NCBI GenBank assembly: GCA_002633005.1 | Contig: NMRA01000540.1 | Coordinates: 144,119 to 208,118 of the forward strand | Reading direction: 5' to 3' | Origin: Phoronis australis | Taxonomy: Eukaryota; Animalia; Phoronida | DNA length: 64,000 nt | Translations under genes and position numbers: made by a program | Notes under the pieces: generated by a model | Told to the model about the DNA's origin: nothing | The model's input: only the letters and a program-made list of their open reading frames with translations | Database searches by the model: none | Shown here: one piece after another, positions 41,501 through 50,247 of the stretch | Layout: each line of letters begins with the position of its first letter | Position numbering within the stretch: position 1 is the first letter of the stretch

Positions 41501-42021
41501 TAAACATTAGTATGCCCCACTCACCGTGGATGGACATTTCACGAAGCTCGTGCAGACAATGAATCACATCACGTCGAGACTTGCTCTGAGCAAGATTCAA
41601 GAGAACTTGCCTGGCTTTCTGAAATAGTCATCATTTGGGCATGGAGACATAATGGACTCATAAATACCACGGATGGACATCTAAGTCAAATACACTGAAT
41701 CTCAAGCAAGGAGGTCAAATCTTTCAAGGCAGCAACACGACTCCCTAAACCAAAAGTCGAAGTTACTAACTAGGCTACACTTCATTTGAAAAAACTCCAA
41801 TACTTCAAACCAAGCATGTTACAAAATGTACAGTTGACACATAAATCCAGACAGGAGCTAAGAAGTAAAAAAGGATGGAATGTTTTGAGCTAACGAACCT
41901 CACTGATGTTTGGATGCGTCAACGACGGACTGGTCTCTCCAAATTCTACGACAGGCTTCAGGGAGTCATTGCTCAATTCTGCGAAGTGATTGGACAGCTG
42001 CTCACAGCTATATTCACTCAT
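3226..42021 (-). CDS. LRRK2: LRRK2-like Roco kinase, 5' portion (37 coding exons, ARM-ANK-LRR-ROC; COR/kinase/WD40 expected beyond the window start)
   Basis: 37 AG/GT-bounded exons join in consistent phase into a 4609-nt stop-free frame. Helical ARM-like repeats, ankyrin repeat (ECLLELGADVNVGQGQETPLCYAC), LRRs, ROC P-loop GFGQRGKSS, WDLAGQEQFYSSH and PWLLNIQARAPDCPVIIVGTHKD. An N-terminal ARM region favours LRRK2 over LRRK1. Confidence 0.93.
4577..4706 (-). CDS. LRRK2: LRRK2 ROC exon (VVYNVS...PWLLNIQARAPDCPVIIVGTHKDKLPK)
   Basis: tttcag/gtattg; G4 motif THKD. Confidence 0.95.
5222..5345 (-). CDS. LRRK2: LRRK2 ROC exon (LNTWDLAGQEQFYSSHQCFLSTRTLYL)
   Basis: tcttag/gtaagt; G3 motif. Confidence 0.95.
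5540..5750 (-). mobile_element. Probable tRNA-derived SINE
   Basis: Minus strand has gtgtgacttagtgg followed by gggtttgagtccc, both internal-promoter-like. Confidence 0.5.
6132..6271 (-). CDS. LRRK2: LRRK2 ROC exon with P-loop (YRMKMMIVGFGQRGKSSLL...TVGIVVSDW)
   Basis: ttgcag/gtaagt; G1 and G2 motifs. Confidence 0.95.
6856..6951 (-). CDS. LRRK2: LRRK2 LRR-ROC hinge exon (LPLCGLNL...TKDLIGYLHERLKR)
   Basis: ttccag/gtacga, phase 0-0. Confidence 0.92.
7201..7311 (-). CDS. LRRK2: LRRK2 LRR exon (IPKEIGLLTCLTSLDVSYNP...LPDELGRLSKLWE)
   Basis: tttcag/gtactg; closely resembles the last LRRK2 LRRs. Confidence 0.95.
7608..7685 (-). CDS. LRRK2: LRRK2 LRR exon (MKLSPGAKLW...LSHNNLQE)
   Basis: ttgcag/gtaggt, phase 0-0. 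Confidence 0.92.
7824..7953. repeat. About 58-bp diverged tandem duplication
   Basis: agagacactcaacaa.gactgggt.gtgt.at.taatgtgacca occurs twice plus a partial third copy. Confidence 0.8.
9176..9287 (-). CDS. LRRK2: LRRK2 LRR exon (LRILDLSHNSI...LLLSHNKISV)
   Basis: ttctag/gtgagt, phase 2-0. Confidence 0.93.
9613..10317. mobile_element. PIF/Harbinger-type MITE
   Basis: Imperfect TIRs agctaagcgtacatc / gatgtacgcaaggct, flanked by TAA on both sides. Confidence 0.7.
10605..10728 (-). CDS. LRRK2: LRRK2 LRR exon (EVLPVATVAPHL...ILDLP)
   Basis: ttccag/gtaagt, phase 1-2. Confidence 0.9.
11428..11579 (-). CDS. LRRK2: LRRK2 LRR exon (NRIRELP...LLVMYNEL)
   Basis: ttttag/gtatgt, phase 2-1. Confidence 0.92.
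11660..12102. mobile_element. MITE with about 23-bp TIRs and a TA target duplication
   Basis: ta|ccagggttttccgtagataagccc ... gggcttatctacggaaattcccgg|ta; related copy at 26780. Confidence 0.85.
12474..12610 (-). CDS. LRRK2: LRRK2 LRR exon (IDDVHAT...LERLSLD)
   Basis: gttcag/gttagt, phase 0-2. Confidence 0.9.
13401..13514 (-). CDS. LRRK2: LRRK2 LRR exon (SMPNLKYLYLHHNNM...LDISDNK)
   Basis: tttcag/gtacac; LRR consensus. Confidence 0.92.
14180..15240. mobile_element. Dispersed non-autonomous repeat, Helentron/DINE-like, two adjacent segments; relatives at about 2545-2660, 19150-19460 and 33990-34200
   Basis: Shared ggccactaga.gg.gca...gaatccatc.gaaaac motifs, a (ggac/agac)n tract and an atatgtg.g.gca end. 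Confidence 0.65.
15534..15796 (-). CDS. LRRK2: LRRK2 exon, linker end and first LRRs (VLDLSANGISSL...LDLSHNSL)
   Basis: ctctag/gtattt, phase 1-0; LxxLxLSxN motifs. Confidence 0.88.
16084..16191 (-). CDS. LRRK2: LRRK2 linker exon (DSVSEVFSP...RTSSPIPQ)
   Basis: gtgtag/gtacgt, phase 1-1. Confidence 0.77.
16742..16865 (-). CDS. LRRK2: LRRK2 linker exon (LQSPANSTR...RHLSLP...ETSI)
   Basis: ttatag/gtgggt, phase 0-1. Confidence 0.75.
17105..17163 (-). CDS. LRRK2: LRRK2 linker exon (ASPWGRRRLQRVSSPDTLSM)
   Basis: ttgtag/gtacgt, phase 1-0. Confidence 0.75.
18089..18241 (-). CDS. LRRK2: LRRK2 linker exon (FFQSPMRQFASCP...IRSPSA)
   Basis: gtgcag/gtgaac, phase 1-1. Confidence 0.75.
18716..18892 (-). 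CDS. LRRK2: LRRK2 linker exon (IENSLETL...RSLSDRGRRQPP)
   Basis: ttctag/gtgagt, phase 1-1. Confidence 0.75.
19858..20004 (-). CDS. LRRK2: LRRK2 linker exon (VSESGKQIARF...LQDLQA)
   Basis: tcgcag/gtgagt, phase 1-1, open frame. Confidence 0.72.
21689..21787 (-). CDS. LRRK2: LRRK2 exon (AGTIVWSGFGLGNIQPEWLVP...)
   Basis: tttcag/gtaggc; resembles the LRRK2 post-ankyrin segment. Confidence 0.88.
22191..22299 (-). CDS. LRRK2: LRRK2 ankyrin exon (GVTDINTALQMSL...LLKELGRDTRDKD)
   Basis: ctccag/gtaaga, phase 0-1. Confidence 0.88.
23327..23446 (-). CDS. LRRK2: LRRK2 ankyrin exon (GVECLLELGADVN...MLLKQ)
   Basis: ttccag/gtatta; ankyrin consensus LL.GADVN...TPL. Confidence 0.92.
24043..24143 (-). CDS. 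LRRK2: LRRK2 exon (DVFELASEAL...ACSKGMIA)
   Basis: ttccag/gtgagt, phase 1-0. Confidence 0.87.
25034..25151 (-). CDS. LRRK2: LRRK2 ARM exon (GCVCIQVWCE...KYGNQS)
   Basis: tttcag/gtatat, phase 0-1. Confidence 0.83.
26031..26173 (-). CDS. LRRK2: LRRK2 ARM exon (VVQKKGLILL...SIQAE)
   Basis: ttttag/gttagt, phase 1-0. Confidence 0.87.
26417..26551. repeat. (TA)n microsatellite with TATATGG-type flank
   Basis: Directly visible. Confidence 0.98.
26650..26730 (-). CDS. LRRK2: LRRK2 ARM exon (DGGASLLCTDG...FSQSF)
   Basis: tcccag/gtgagt, phase 1-1. Confidence 0.85.
26780..27186. mobile_element. 3'-truncated copy of the 11660 MITE family
   Basis: Shares ggttttcc.tagat, cccgatgaaa.gcccat.ggc, ggaaaattat and ggtgtcaagt with the 11660 copy. 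Confidence 0.75.
27257..27385 (-). CDS. LRRK2: LRRK2 ARM exon (ELVRNQCLIEG...LAVLAAG)
   Basis: ttgcag/gtacat, phase 1-1. Confidence 0.87.
27805..28292. mobile_element. About 490-bp MITE, TIR CAGGGCTTGGAA, 6-bp TSD (aagata)
   Basis: aagata|cagggcttggaat...attccaagccttg|aagata. Confidence 0.93.
28306..28439 (-). CDS. LRRK2: LRRK2 ARM exon (MKHKWQV...IGCLADI)
   Basis: tttcag/gtaatg, phase 2-1. Confidence 0.87.
28828..28957 (-). CDS. LRRK2: LRRK2 ARM exon (PRIQQLLLEKN...GCRAIRGLCVF)
   Basis: ctccag/gtaaac, phase 1-2; needed to bridge the phases of its neighbours. Confidence 0.85.
29603..29850. mobile_element. Harbinger-like MITE fragment; similar ends at about 38190-38308 and 39040-39091
   Basis: ggggcccgttacaagaaa terminus with repeated aagac/aagtc subterminal motifs. 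Confidence 0.45.
29978..30084 (-). CDS. LRRK2: LRRK2 ARM exon (NPLHTLCLCAILMHP...WMSADS)
   Basis: ttccag/gtaagt, phase 2-1. Confidence 0.87.
31122..31260. mobile_element. 5' fragment of the CAGGGCTT 6-bp-TSD MITE family
   Basis: cagggcttgaaatgaccaatgacaaaaaagcggaaa matches the full-length copies. Confidence 0.85.
31700..32410 (+). mobile_element. Helentron/DINE-like non-autonomous element; left boundary approximate
   Basis: (caaa)n tract followed by the terminal hairpin acttggcgaaa-taaa-tttcgccaagt at 32382-32407. Confidence 0.55.
32590..32782 (-). CDS. LRRK2: LRRK2 ARM exon (VGRLLSDESY...QTTTK)
   Basis: tcccag/gtacgt, phase 1-2. Confidence 0.87.
33165..33284 (-). CDS. LRRK2: LRRK2 ARM exon (DSVCDQLISAQVG...VFKKL)
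   Basis: tttcag/gtaagc, phase 1-1. Confidence 0.87.
33497..33625 (-). CDS. LRRK2: LRRK2 ARM exon (EENLHVFIDDK...MFLGT)
   Basis: tttcag/gtatgg, phase 1-1. Confidence 0.87.
34360..34491 (-). CDS. LRRK2: LRRK2 ARM exon (KKERQIELV...ACRLFTVLACT)
   Basis: ctacag/gtaagg, phase 1-1. Confidence 0.87.
35511..35645 (-). CDS. LRRK2: LRRK2 ARM exon (DEARNYLL...ACKALASLLAN)
   Basis: ttgcag/gtgagt, phase 1-1. Confidence 0.85.
37472..37877. other. Assembly gap (N run)
   Basis: Run of n. Confidence 1.
37878..38185. mobile_element. Right part of a Harbinger MITE abutting the gap
   Basis: Terminus ggtgtgacagggcct followed by TTA; interior rich in tacg/cgta motifs. Confidence 0.75.
39194..39429. mobile_element. 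Short diverged member of the CAGGGCTT 6-bp-TSD family
   Basis: gagata|cagggcttgtaatggccaatgac...aaattccaagccatg|gatata (TSD has 1 mismatch). Confidence 0.8.
40377..40517. mobile_element. Two tandem tiny CATGGGC...CCCATG MITE-like units
   Basis: atgggcggtgcacc...gctacccatg, then catgggcagtgcacc...ccacccatg. Confidence 0.6.
41525..41618 (-). CDS. LRRK2: LRRK2 exon (KARQVLLNLAQ...EMSIH)
   Basis: tttcag/gtgagt, 94 nt, phase 0-1. Confidence 0.75.
41899..42021 (-). CDS. LRRK2: LRRK2 first coding exon (MSEYSCEQL...NISE)
   Basis: ACCATG 16 nt after acceptor ttattcacag (exon edge 42037); donor gttcgt; phase 0 fits the next exon. Confidence 0.65.
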
Positions 42022-42682
42022 GGTTCAAAGGATGACACTGTGAATAAATAGCAGATAATTCAGAAAGTCAAAAAATTGTGTTTCAATTTGTCAGTTTCAA
42101 ATCAGCTCTCTCAAACCATGAATGAAATGAATGGTAGTTCAGCCAGGGTGCACAGGAAGTAGGAAAACTTCAGTGAAAGTTCTCGATTTTGGGACACTCT
42201 ATAAAGCTGGGTCTCCAAAATTCAAGTCATAATTGAATGTTGACTACGAGGATTGGGCATGGGCAATTTCTGCACTTTTTAATTTCTCAAATATTGGATC
42301 GACCTTGAACAAAATATTCTTCACAGCCCAAACTGAAGACTTTTACCTGTACCTAACCTATGTTTATGTTGATGCCAACCTGTACAACACATCAGGTACA
42401 GTCTCACTAATTTTAGACAAAGTAAGCGCCGAAACGACCATTTTTGTTTTCAAGTGTTTCTAACATAGTGATTGGCCACAATGTCTCAAAACTGTCGGTT
42501 GGTAGCCGTGGTACAAAACTTGAACATGGATTGGGATATCATTTAATTTGCATATGTTGCATGGGAAAATGATTTACAAAAAAATTTCACTCGTTGCATG
42601 GCCGTGTTGCCACAGAATTCTAAATTAGAAAGATTTTGTCATTAGGTAGTTAGAGTTCCTAGTAAACACCTTTCAGTGTATA

Positions 42683-42847
42683 CAGTGGCGAATTTAGAGG
42701 GGGGCCAAGGGAGCCATGCCCCCACCCAGTAAAATTCTCCCAGATTCCATTTGGCAGTACGGGGGTGCGAATGTCTGACGGGCAAAATCCTGGCTAATAC
42801 TCTGCCCTGCCCCCCCCCCCCAACTCAAAATCCTGGATCCGCCCCTG
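42683..42847. mobile_element. Short GC-rich hAT-like MITE (CAGtGGCGgATcc TIR type)
   Basis: cagtggcgaatttag ... ctggatccgcccctg. Confidence 0.75.
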
Positions 42848-45800
42848 GTATGAGAGAGTCAAAACATGTGGAAAGTCGCCAATTCAAATATTTAAACAAT
42901 GGAACGGTAAACTACATAAAGCAGGAATTTTTTGTTGCAAAAATATGCCCTTTCAGGAAATGAAACCAAAACTAATGACATGTGTAGTTTTGTTCACTGT
43001 GAAATATTTAGTGTAGCTCTAATCTGGAAAGTTCAGGGATGGGTTCACAATTACCTAAACTATTAAGTTTCGGTATCGATTAAAATCTAACGCTGTTTCG
43101 GTACTTCAAGTTTAAAAATAAAAAAGAAGATTTCAAGCCGTTCCCCCATAAGAAAAAAAAACAAATAAACAGGAGCATTAAAAATGAAATAACAAAACCG
43201 ATATGAAACATATTTAAAACCATCCTTCCTTTGGGAGTGGCCTTTGGTCAAGTTAAACACTAATTAACTTTTTGTAATATAAATTTAAATTCATTGTACC
43301 AAGTTAAAACTACTCTCCACAGTTGCAGGTTGTAGCTCTGTGCAAATACCTGAGAAAACCAATTTGGATGTATTAACAACCATCATTGTTGAGGCTGTTG
43401 TGGAAGCTATTACCTTTCCACTTTATTAGCTCAGATCTACATCAATACAAAAGGTGAGCTGAATGGGCATCATAAAAGTTGTCTGGGCCTGAGGGAATGT
43501 GAGTGGTGCCCAGTGTATTAGCCAGAAATTCTCCACATGAATCCTTCACACAAAATCTGGCTATGAAATTCTCACCAAAGAGTTCTTCCAGAGCAAATAT
43601 TTAAACATGTCTCGGACTGTAGAAATTAGTGTTTAGTGGCACCAGACCAACTCCTTCAGTCAAAAAGCAAATTTCTATTCCAGGCGTCAGTACAGTAAAC
43701 TCTCGTTAATTTAAGACACAATGGTGGACAAGTAAAATCTTGTTTTCACATTTTTATTAAGGGTGTGTAGCACCCTTTGAAAACTTGTTGGTGTTCAAGT
43801 TCTGTGCCATATAGCTACATATAGCTACCAACATTGACAAACATTTTGAAAAATTGTAGACCATTCACAATTACTGGAGGCCGTTAAAAATGAAAAAATG
43901 AGTAATTTTGGCAATCCATTTTACCTGCTGTAGACCTTACTGATAACCTAGGATGATGGTTGGTAGCTGGTAACTGGTGAAAGTAGAATTCATACCTGGT
44001 TAAATCATTATACTTTGTGTGTTGCCAGTTATCAGGTATTGTTATACTCTGGGCTTCAGTGCATATTACATAACCAGTAGATAACTGATTTGTAAACAAC
44101 TACAGGAGGTCATGAATGGGGACACTGCTTGCTGTATTACTACAGATTTCAAAACACAGAAATTTTGAATTTAGAATCTCTTTACTGAAACTGTTTCCAC
44201 TAATCCCTAGTCTGCATAGCCCACAGACCCTAATGAGAGACCTACCACACAATTCATGTCAATAGTGAGTGAGGAATGTTGGTGCCAGAGAGATTTTAAT
44301 GTCACACACAGCACCACCTGCACTGTACAATAAAAACTACTGTAAGACCAAAAAAGCCTGCTAGAAATAAAGCATTTTTTCTTAGCGACGTACCTCTATT
44401 TCCAAGCATGGCGAATGGCACATTAGTGCTCGCGATACAGAAAATGGCTGAAGGTAATTACACTCTGATCAAACACTGAAAGTGGGGGAACTAAGGCCAA
44501 TTAAGACAGGAAGATTAATGTAATGAATTAATACTACACAATGCTTTGGTCTCATTAACGTGGTCAAGTGCTTGTGTACTGACTTAAGTTACACTCGAAG
44601 CAGTAACAAGTACTTGCGAAACAGTACAACTCTGTCTGTAGAAGATGACAAGGCTTCACAAGTTAAGTTACAATGTTACATTGATCAGTGCAGTAAAATC
44701 TCGCCAATTTAGGACAGAATGTGGTGTTTTAATTTAATTTAATGAAAGACAAGTAGGACCAATAAACACTTTATCACTTTCAAGTTCTATAGTACTATAG
44801 CTACGATCTGACAGTGTTTTGGTCAACTAATGACATTCATAGTATTTGAAAATTCACTTTTAAGAATGGTTCTTGTGTGAAATTAGTGACATTTTTTTAT
44901 CCTCCATATTTCGGTGTCCTAAATTCTAGAGACTGTAGGTCAGGGGTGAATTATCATAGTAAGTATTTTAGGAATTTCTCTGTACATTGTCACTGAAAGA
45001 TGGTCCATTATCATAAAGAGAAGGTGTACTGTAATCACTTCTTTGTTGCTTTATAGGTGTAGCCAGATTGGATCATATTTCATACTGTGGGTTTCGTCTC
45101 CTTTATGTCCATAGACATGTGTTAGACAAATCAGGCATGCCACCACTGATGGGGAGAGTGTCTTCAGAGGTTAGTGAAATCATGCAACGCCACATCAGTT
45201 TATTGCAAGATCTTGCTGACGTTAGGTCCAATATTATCAGTCAAATACAAAAAAAACAAAATTCCGGTAACAATTGTCCAGTCTAAAAATTTTAGGACAC
45301 TGAATGTCGAGCCGATATTGAACTAGCTCAGTTTTGAAACTTAAGGAACATGAATGATTTTGGGGGTGAACTAATCACAGTATTTCTTAAATAACGGACA
45401 ATGTGTTTTGGACAAAAAAATCGGAAAAATAATACTTGGCAGTTCATAAAATCATTGAAAAAAACCGTTGACGTGTATCCATGCACCTCAATAGTGGGTA
45501 ACACGGTGAGAGAACATGTGTTTGCATGTAACTCCTGAATTTGGGACGACTAGTTTTTACCATTCCTCAAATTTGGTAAAAGCTCTAACTACATTAACTA
45601 ATTTTTCACATCCCACACTGGAAAATTTCTGCAGTATCTCGGTGCTGTTATCTTGTAAATCATTATTTCTGAACACCATGGCAACAGGACGAACAATGAG
45701 CGCAATGAGGTTCATTTCAGCTGCACTTAAAACTTTCGGTACCAAGGTCACTACCCTAGTATAAGGCCGTTACTCTAGTAAAAGATCGTTACTCTAGTAC

Positions 45801-47631
45801 AGTACAGTCACGCGATTTTTTGACAGCCCACCATATTGGGGCAACAACAAATACCCGGTACTTCCAAAATGAGTTTTCCACGGTCCACAAAATGCATACA
45901 AGGTCCACAGCTGTTTTTCAATGCTCCACGAATTTCAGACAGTGTCATCAATCGGATTTCTGTTCTCGTCACGGATTATCACCTTCTTCATTGCACTTGT
46001 TCCCACATCCATAACGATTATACTTAACGCAAAATTTGTTTCATTGAGAAAGCGCATTTTTTTAACAAACGTGCAGTTAAGTGCCTCTTAACAGTTAACA
46101 AAAATCCCTTTGTGCTTCAGCAACGCAAGACCGATATCAGTCTTTCTTCAATACAATTTATATCTTGACGTTTGAGCAATGACCTGGCTCATTGGTTTGA
46201 GTAACACAAATGGGCTCAACTGGCTTGAATTATTAAGAATGCCTTTAGGCTTGTTTGTGAGTTATGAAAATATATATTTAGTGCTGGTAAGACAAAAGAT
46301 ACTTTATCTGTGCCGACTTCTCAAAATTTTTTTGAAAAGATTAAGCTCACCAAATTCGGAAAACAACGAAAAGGCAAATTCTAGAGGTCTACCAAATATG
46401 GACATCAAACAAAATTCTTGTTCCACAAAATTCGGCCAAGAATGAGTTTGTTCCATTGGAATTAATTTTGAATGTCTGAAAATCGCACTATTTATTGAGA
46501 AAAAATCTTTACTCAAGTATTTGATGCTTTGGAATACCTACTACATTGGAGACTGTCAGTCAGAAAATACAATGAGTTGACTACTACAACATTATCAGCT
46601 AAATAACCTAATTCATTGTTGTGGGCAGTGAGCCTCAGGGGTCAGGGTTCAGAGTTCATGACTACGGTAATGAGCTTTGCGCCACCAGAGCTAGGCAAGC
46701 AAGGAAACCAAGTCTGCTCTCGGTGGTCATGTTGTTAAAGTTCAACAATTCATGTATTTGATTTTTCATACCATTGAGACAAAAAATTTTAGCTGAAATG
46801 ATAAAACGCATTTTCAAAGTAATGCTCCTGTTTAAGAGTCTTATCACAAGCGCAAACCTGAAGATTGACATATGATCCAATGTTTCAGTTTATTACAAAA
46901 AACATCTCCAGGGAGTAGTACGACACCATCAAATCAAACAAATTAAAGCCCAGTATATATTCAGGTGAATAACTGTTACAGGATTTGTTTTCGCAAACAC
47001 ATTTAAGTCTAGTCAGCACACCACCTGGGATTTTTTTGTTCTGCAAATGATCTCTTTCACAATCTAAATCAGAGTCCTTGTGTTATAATACAATTACGCA
47101 GAGAATGTTGGCAAAATTCAAGAATGAAAAAAGCAGACACTTTAAGTGAAAAAGTGCGACATCTATGCCAAAATGCAAGGGTGAAATGTTCGCCACATTC
47201 AGTCAAATTGGGAAAATGGGGCAGACGTCATATCCCTTGGCAAAAGCAATTGTAAAAATGACCAGTTGCCGATTTGGGCAATCACGGGAAAGGAATCATT
47301 AAAGACAACACCAGCCTAAACTATCCAGACTCTAGGCGCAAACAACATATGTGACTTTGATGTTTTAATCAGTGCGAAAGATAACTGATCGCTGCAAAGC
47401 TTCCGCTGTATGAAGCAAATGTAGGACCTTCACCGTCTCTGCGGCGGGTCGAGGCACTGTCAAACTGGTACGGTACCTATATATACTAGGCAAAAATTGA
47501 AAAGGGCCACCAAACTAAGCTAAAGTATTCGCCTCGAAATACGGAGTCCTTATCGGCCTCAATTCAACACGGCGTCAATGCTGCCAAACTTAGGAAAAAG
47601 TTACGCAATTATTAGTATCAGGTGCACTGAC

Positions 47632-47965
47632 TTGGTTCCCAGAGCTCACACTCGACGTCAGAGGGTCAGTGGTAGGTAGTAAACAACAAATGCACGAGAA
47701 TCTGTGTACTGAAAATAATGAATTCTGTGTACACTACCGGCAAAACATGTCCTCCACGAATAATCTGCCTAACCCCAGAACACAGGTGGGACATCGCCAA
47801 ATCAGCATGGAAAACACGTCCAGTCATATGACAATGACACAATGACGCAGATCGCACCGCAACTGTCAGCTGAACGTTCAAGTCTGAAGGTCAGGGTCAA
47901 GGAAACTGATGGCAGATGGCGCTTTTTAAAAGTCGAAACCCGCGCAGATTCGCGCGATATGAGGA
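47632..47965 (-). promoter_or_regulatory. Putative LRRK2 promoter and non-coding first exon
   Basis: Local CpG enrichment (cccgcgcagattcgcgcga) and a candidate minus-strand donor gtcagt at 47631-47626; the ATG exon has its own acceptor, so an upstream exon is implied. Confidence 0.45.
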
Positions 47966-48127
47966 ACGGTCCCAGCAAACGATCTAAGGGGGCTTAACTG
48001 ATGGTGGATGAGATAATTGCAATTTTGGCCAACACGCCTGTTCAGCATAGTACGAGTCTTTATAGTCAAAAACGAGCAATAAGTGACTGTTTACAAAATT
48101 GCCAAAGTAAATACTGTAGACGCATTT

Positions 48128-48368
48128 CAAGTGCGCGCACCCAGGGGGGGGGCTCGGGGGACTTTTGGCGAAGTGGGCAAAAGGTCCGCCCCGAGAAACA
48201 AAAAGTCCGAGGAAATGGGACAAAATTTTACTAAATAAGCCAAATGTGCAATTCACAGTGGTGCTCCCGTTTTTTTTTTTTTTTTTTTTTTTTTNTCGAC
48301 CTTTGCGGGAATCCTAAACCCCCCCCCTTACTGAAAACGTAGATCCGCCACTGCTGGGTGCGCGCATG
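48128..48368. mobile_element. GC-rich MITE (TIR ...cgcacccag), same family as 53532-53782
   Basis: tgcgcgcacccagggggggg ... ctgggtgcgcgcatg; shares the internal gaagtgggcaaaa and aattcacagtggtgctc. Confidence 0.8.
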
Positions 48369-50247
48369 CAACGAGACGAGTGCCTCTGCGGTCACCAGCC
48401 AACTCATATTTTACCAAAATTTACGGCTGAGGTGGAAGAAACTGAAGTAAACACAGTCATGCAACTTCCTGTGGCTGGTGTCAAAACAGAGACACTAGAG
48501 CAGCGGCACCTTGACTAACAGGCTGCCGCCGGGTATTTCGGAAAACGACCTTCACTGAGACGTCAACTGGAACTGAATATTGACGCCCGGCAGGCATATA
48601 TTCCGCGGAAGAGGGGGCGTATTTTTGGAAACTGTGTCATCTGATTAATTAAAACTGTACCCCAAACTTTGCTAAAACAATTAGGCAACAGTGACAAGAA
48701 CATACGATGAAGTAATCTCAGTCACAATTCACACTTGTTTTTCAGTGTCAGTGAAACTACTTTTCTCTGTAAATACGAAACTAAAATTTACATACATGTC
48801 AGTTCCTGTCAGTATAATTACATATGGCACTGTCAATACGTTAACTATGGATAAATACCTCTTTGAGTAAATACACTGTCATTGACATCATTGTATATTT
48901 AATATACATTCATTCGGCCACGGTAACTAACATAAGAGTCTGTCACTAAATACACACAGTACATGTCTCTCAGTCGCGAATCTAGGGGGGTTCAGTGGGT
49001 TTAACCCCCCCCGGGAAAGGATCAAAATATAATAATTAAAAGAAAGAAGAAAACGTCGCCAGCAAAACTGAAATCGGCAACGCCGCGTGGGTAAATCCCA
49101 AGTAATCCACCTAGAAAAAATGAGGGGGTCCTCCCCTGAAAAATATAATTTCTTTACATTGTGATTTGCTGTAATCACGAAAAGCAATGCATTTCGAGTT
49201 TTCGTGAGTCATTGGTAAGTCGCGCGGCGTTCAATTTTGAGTGCGCTTCCATCTGACACGTCTGAAGTAGCCAAGCACTTTAAATGGATCCACCGCGAAA
49301 AAAGCAAAAAGCTACAGCTGTTTGTTTAGGTAACTAGTGTTTCACTCTAAGATATGTTTTGATATGATTAGGGAAAATGTTGTGGTACTCGACAACCCTC
49401 GGCCGGAATCGACGCGCATTGTTTTTACCTGATATGTCATGCCTTGTCATGCTATTACACTCCACACGTTCGTAACTTAATTTTGACTAGTGCATAATAA
49501 TATTGTGTTGCACATTAAACTTGCAGTGTGCATGCAATGTGAATGTATCTTAAAAAACGATCAACTCGTTTTCCGATCAATTGTTTGGCCCTTTCTAAGA
49601 GCCGTTGTGGCGGGTACTCACCTACACTCACCTATACCCATCTCTACCCACTTCTACCCATCTCAAAAAGTAAGATACGCAGATACGCCTCTCTCTATGT
49701 TTAGAGTTCCTTTGTGGATTTCCATTTAATTTTGCCTGACAGTGTTCTTAGAGAGATGACGACGCCTTCCTTTGGATAGGTTCAATGTATTTTGTGCCAT
49801 CTAATGGCCATTTTACGATATTAAATTGCATTGCAGTCGTGGGTGCATTCCAACGCTCAGTGTAACTCGTTTTTACAGTGAGCGGATTCAGTAAAACCAG
49901 CCTCCCCTTCAGTAACACTAGGACCTCGCTAAAAAACAAGATGTTCGCGAGATTACGTGAGATACTGCCGTGCATTTTAAATGAGATTATGTCACGGACT
50001 TCGACTAGGTTTTAGCTAGGTCCTAGCGTAGGTCCCGAAAAGTCTACTGAACGCACGCCAGGTTTAAAAGTATCCAAGGCACCCAACTGTGTCGAGCTGG
50101 GTTAACATAACAAAGAAACTAGTAGTAAAGTGCTTCAATGGAACTGTGATCACGTGGATTTCAATGACAGCACACAGTTGATGGTAGAATCAGTGCAGAC
50201 GAATTTTCCTGGTGGCTCTATCATCAATAGAATGAGTACTGAGAAAA

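Noticed and set aside
41619-41680. Longer LRRK2 exon using the acceptor at 41681
   Set aside because: All three frames hit a stop before the donor; the acceptor at 41619 gives an open frame.
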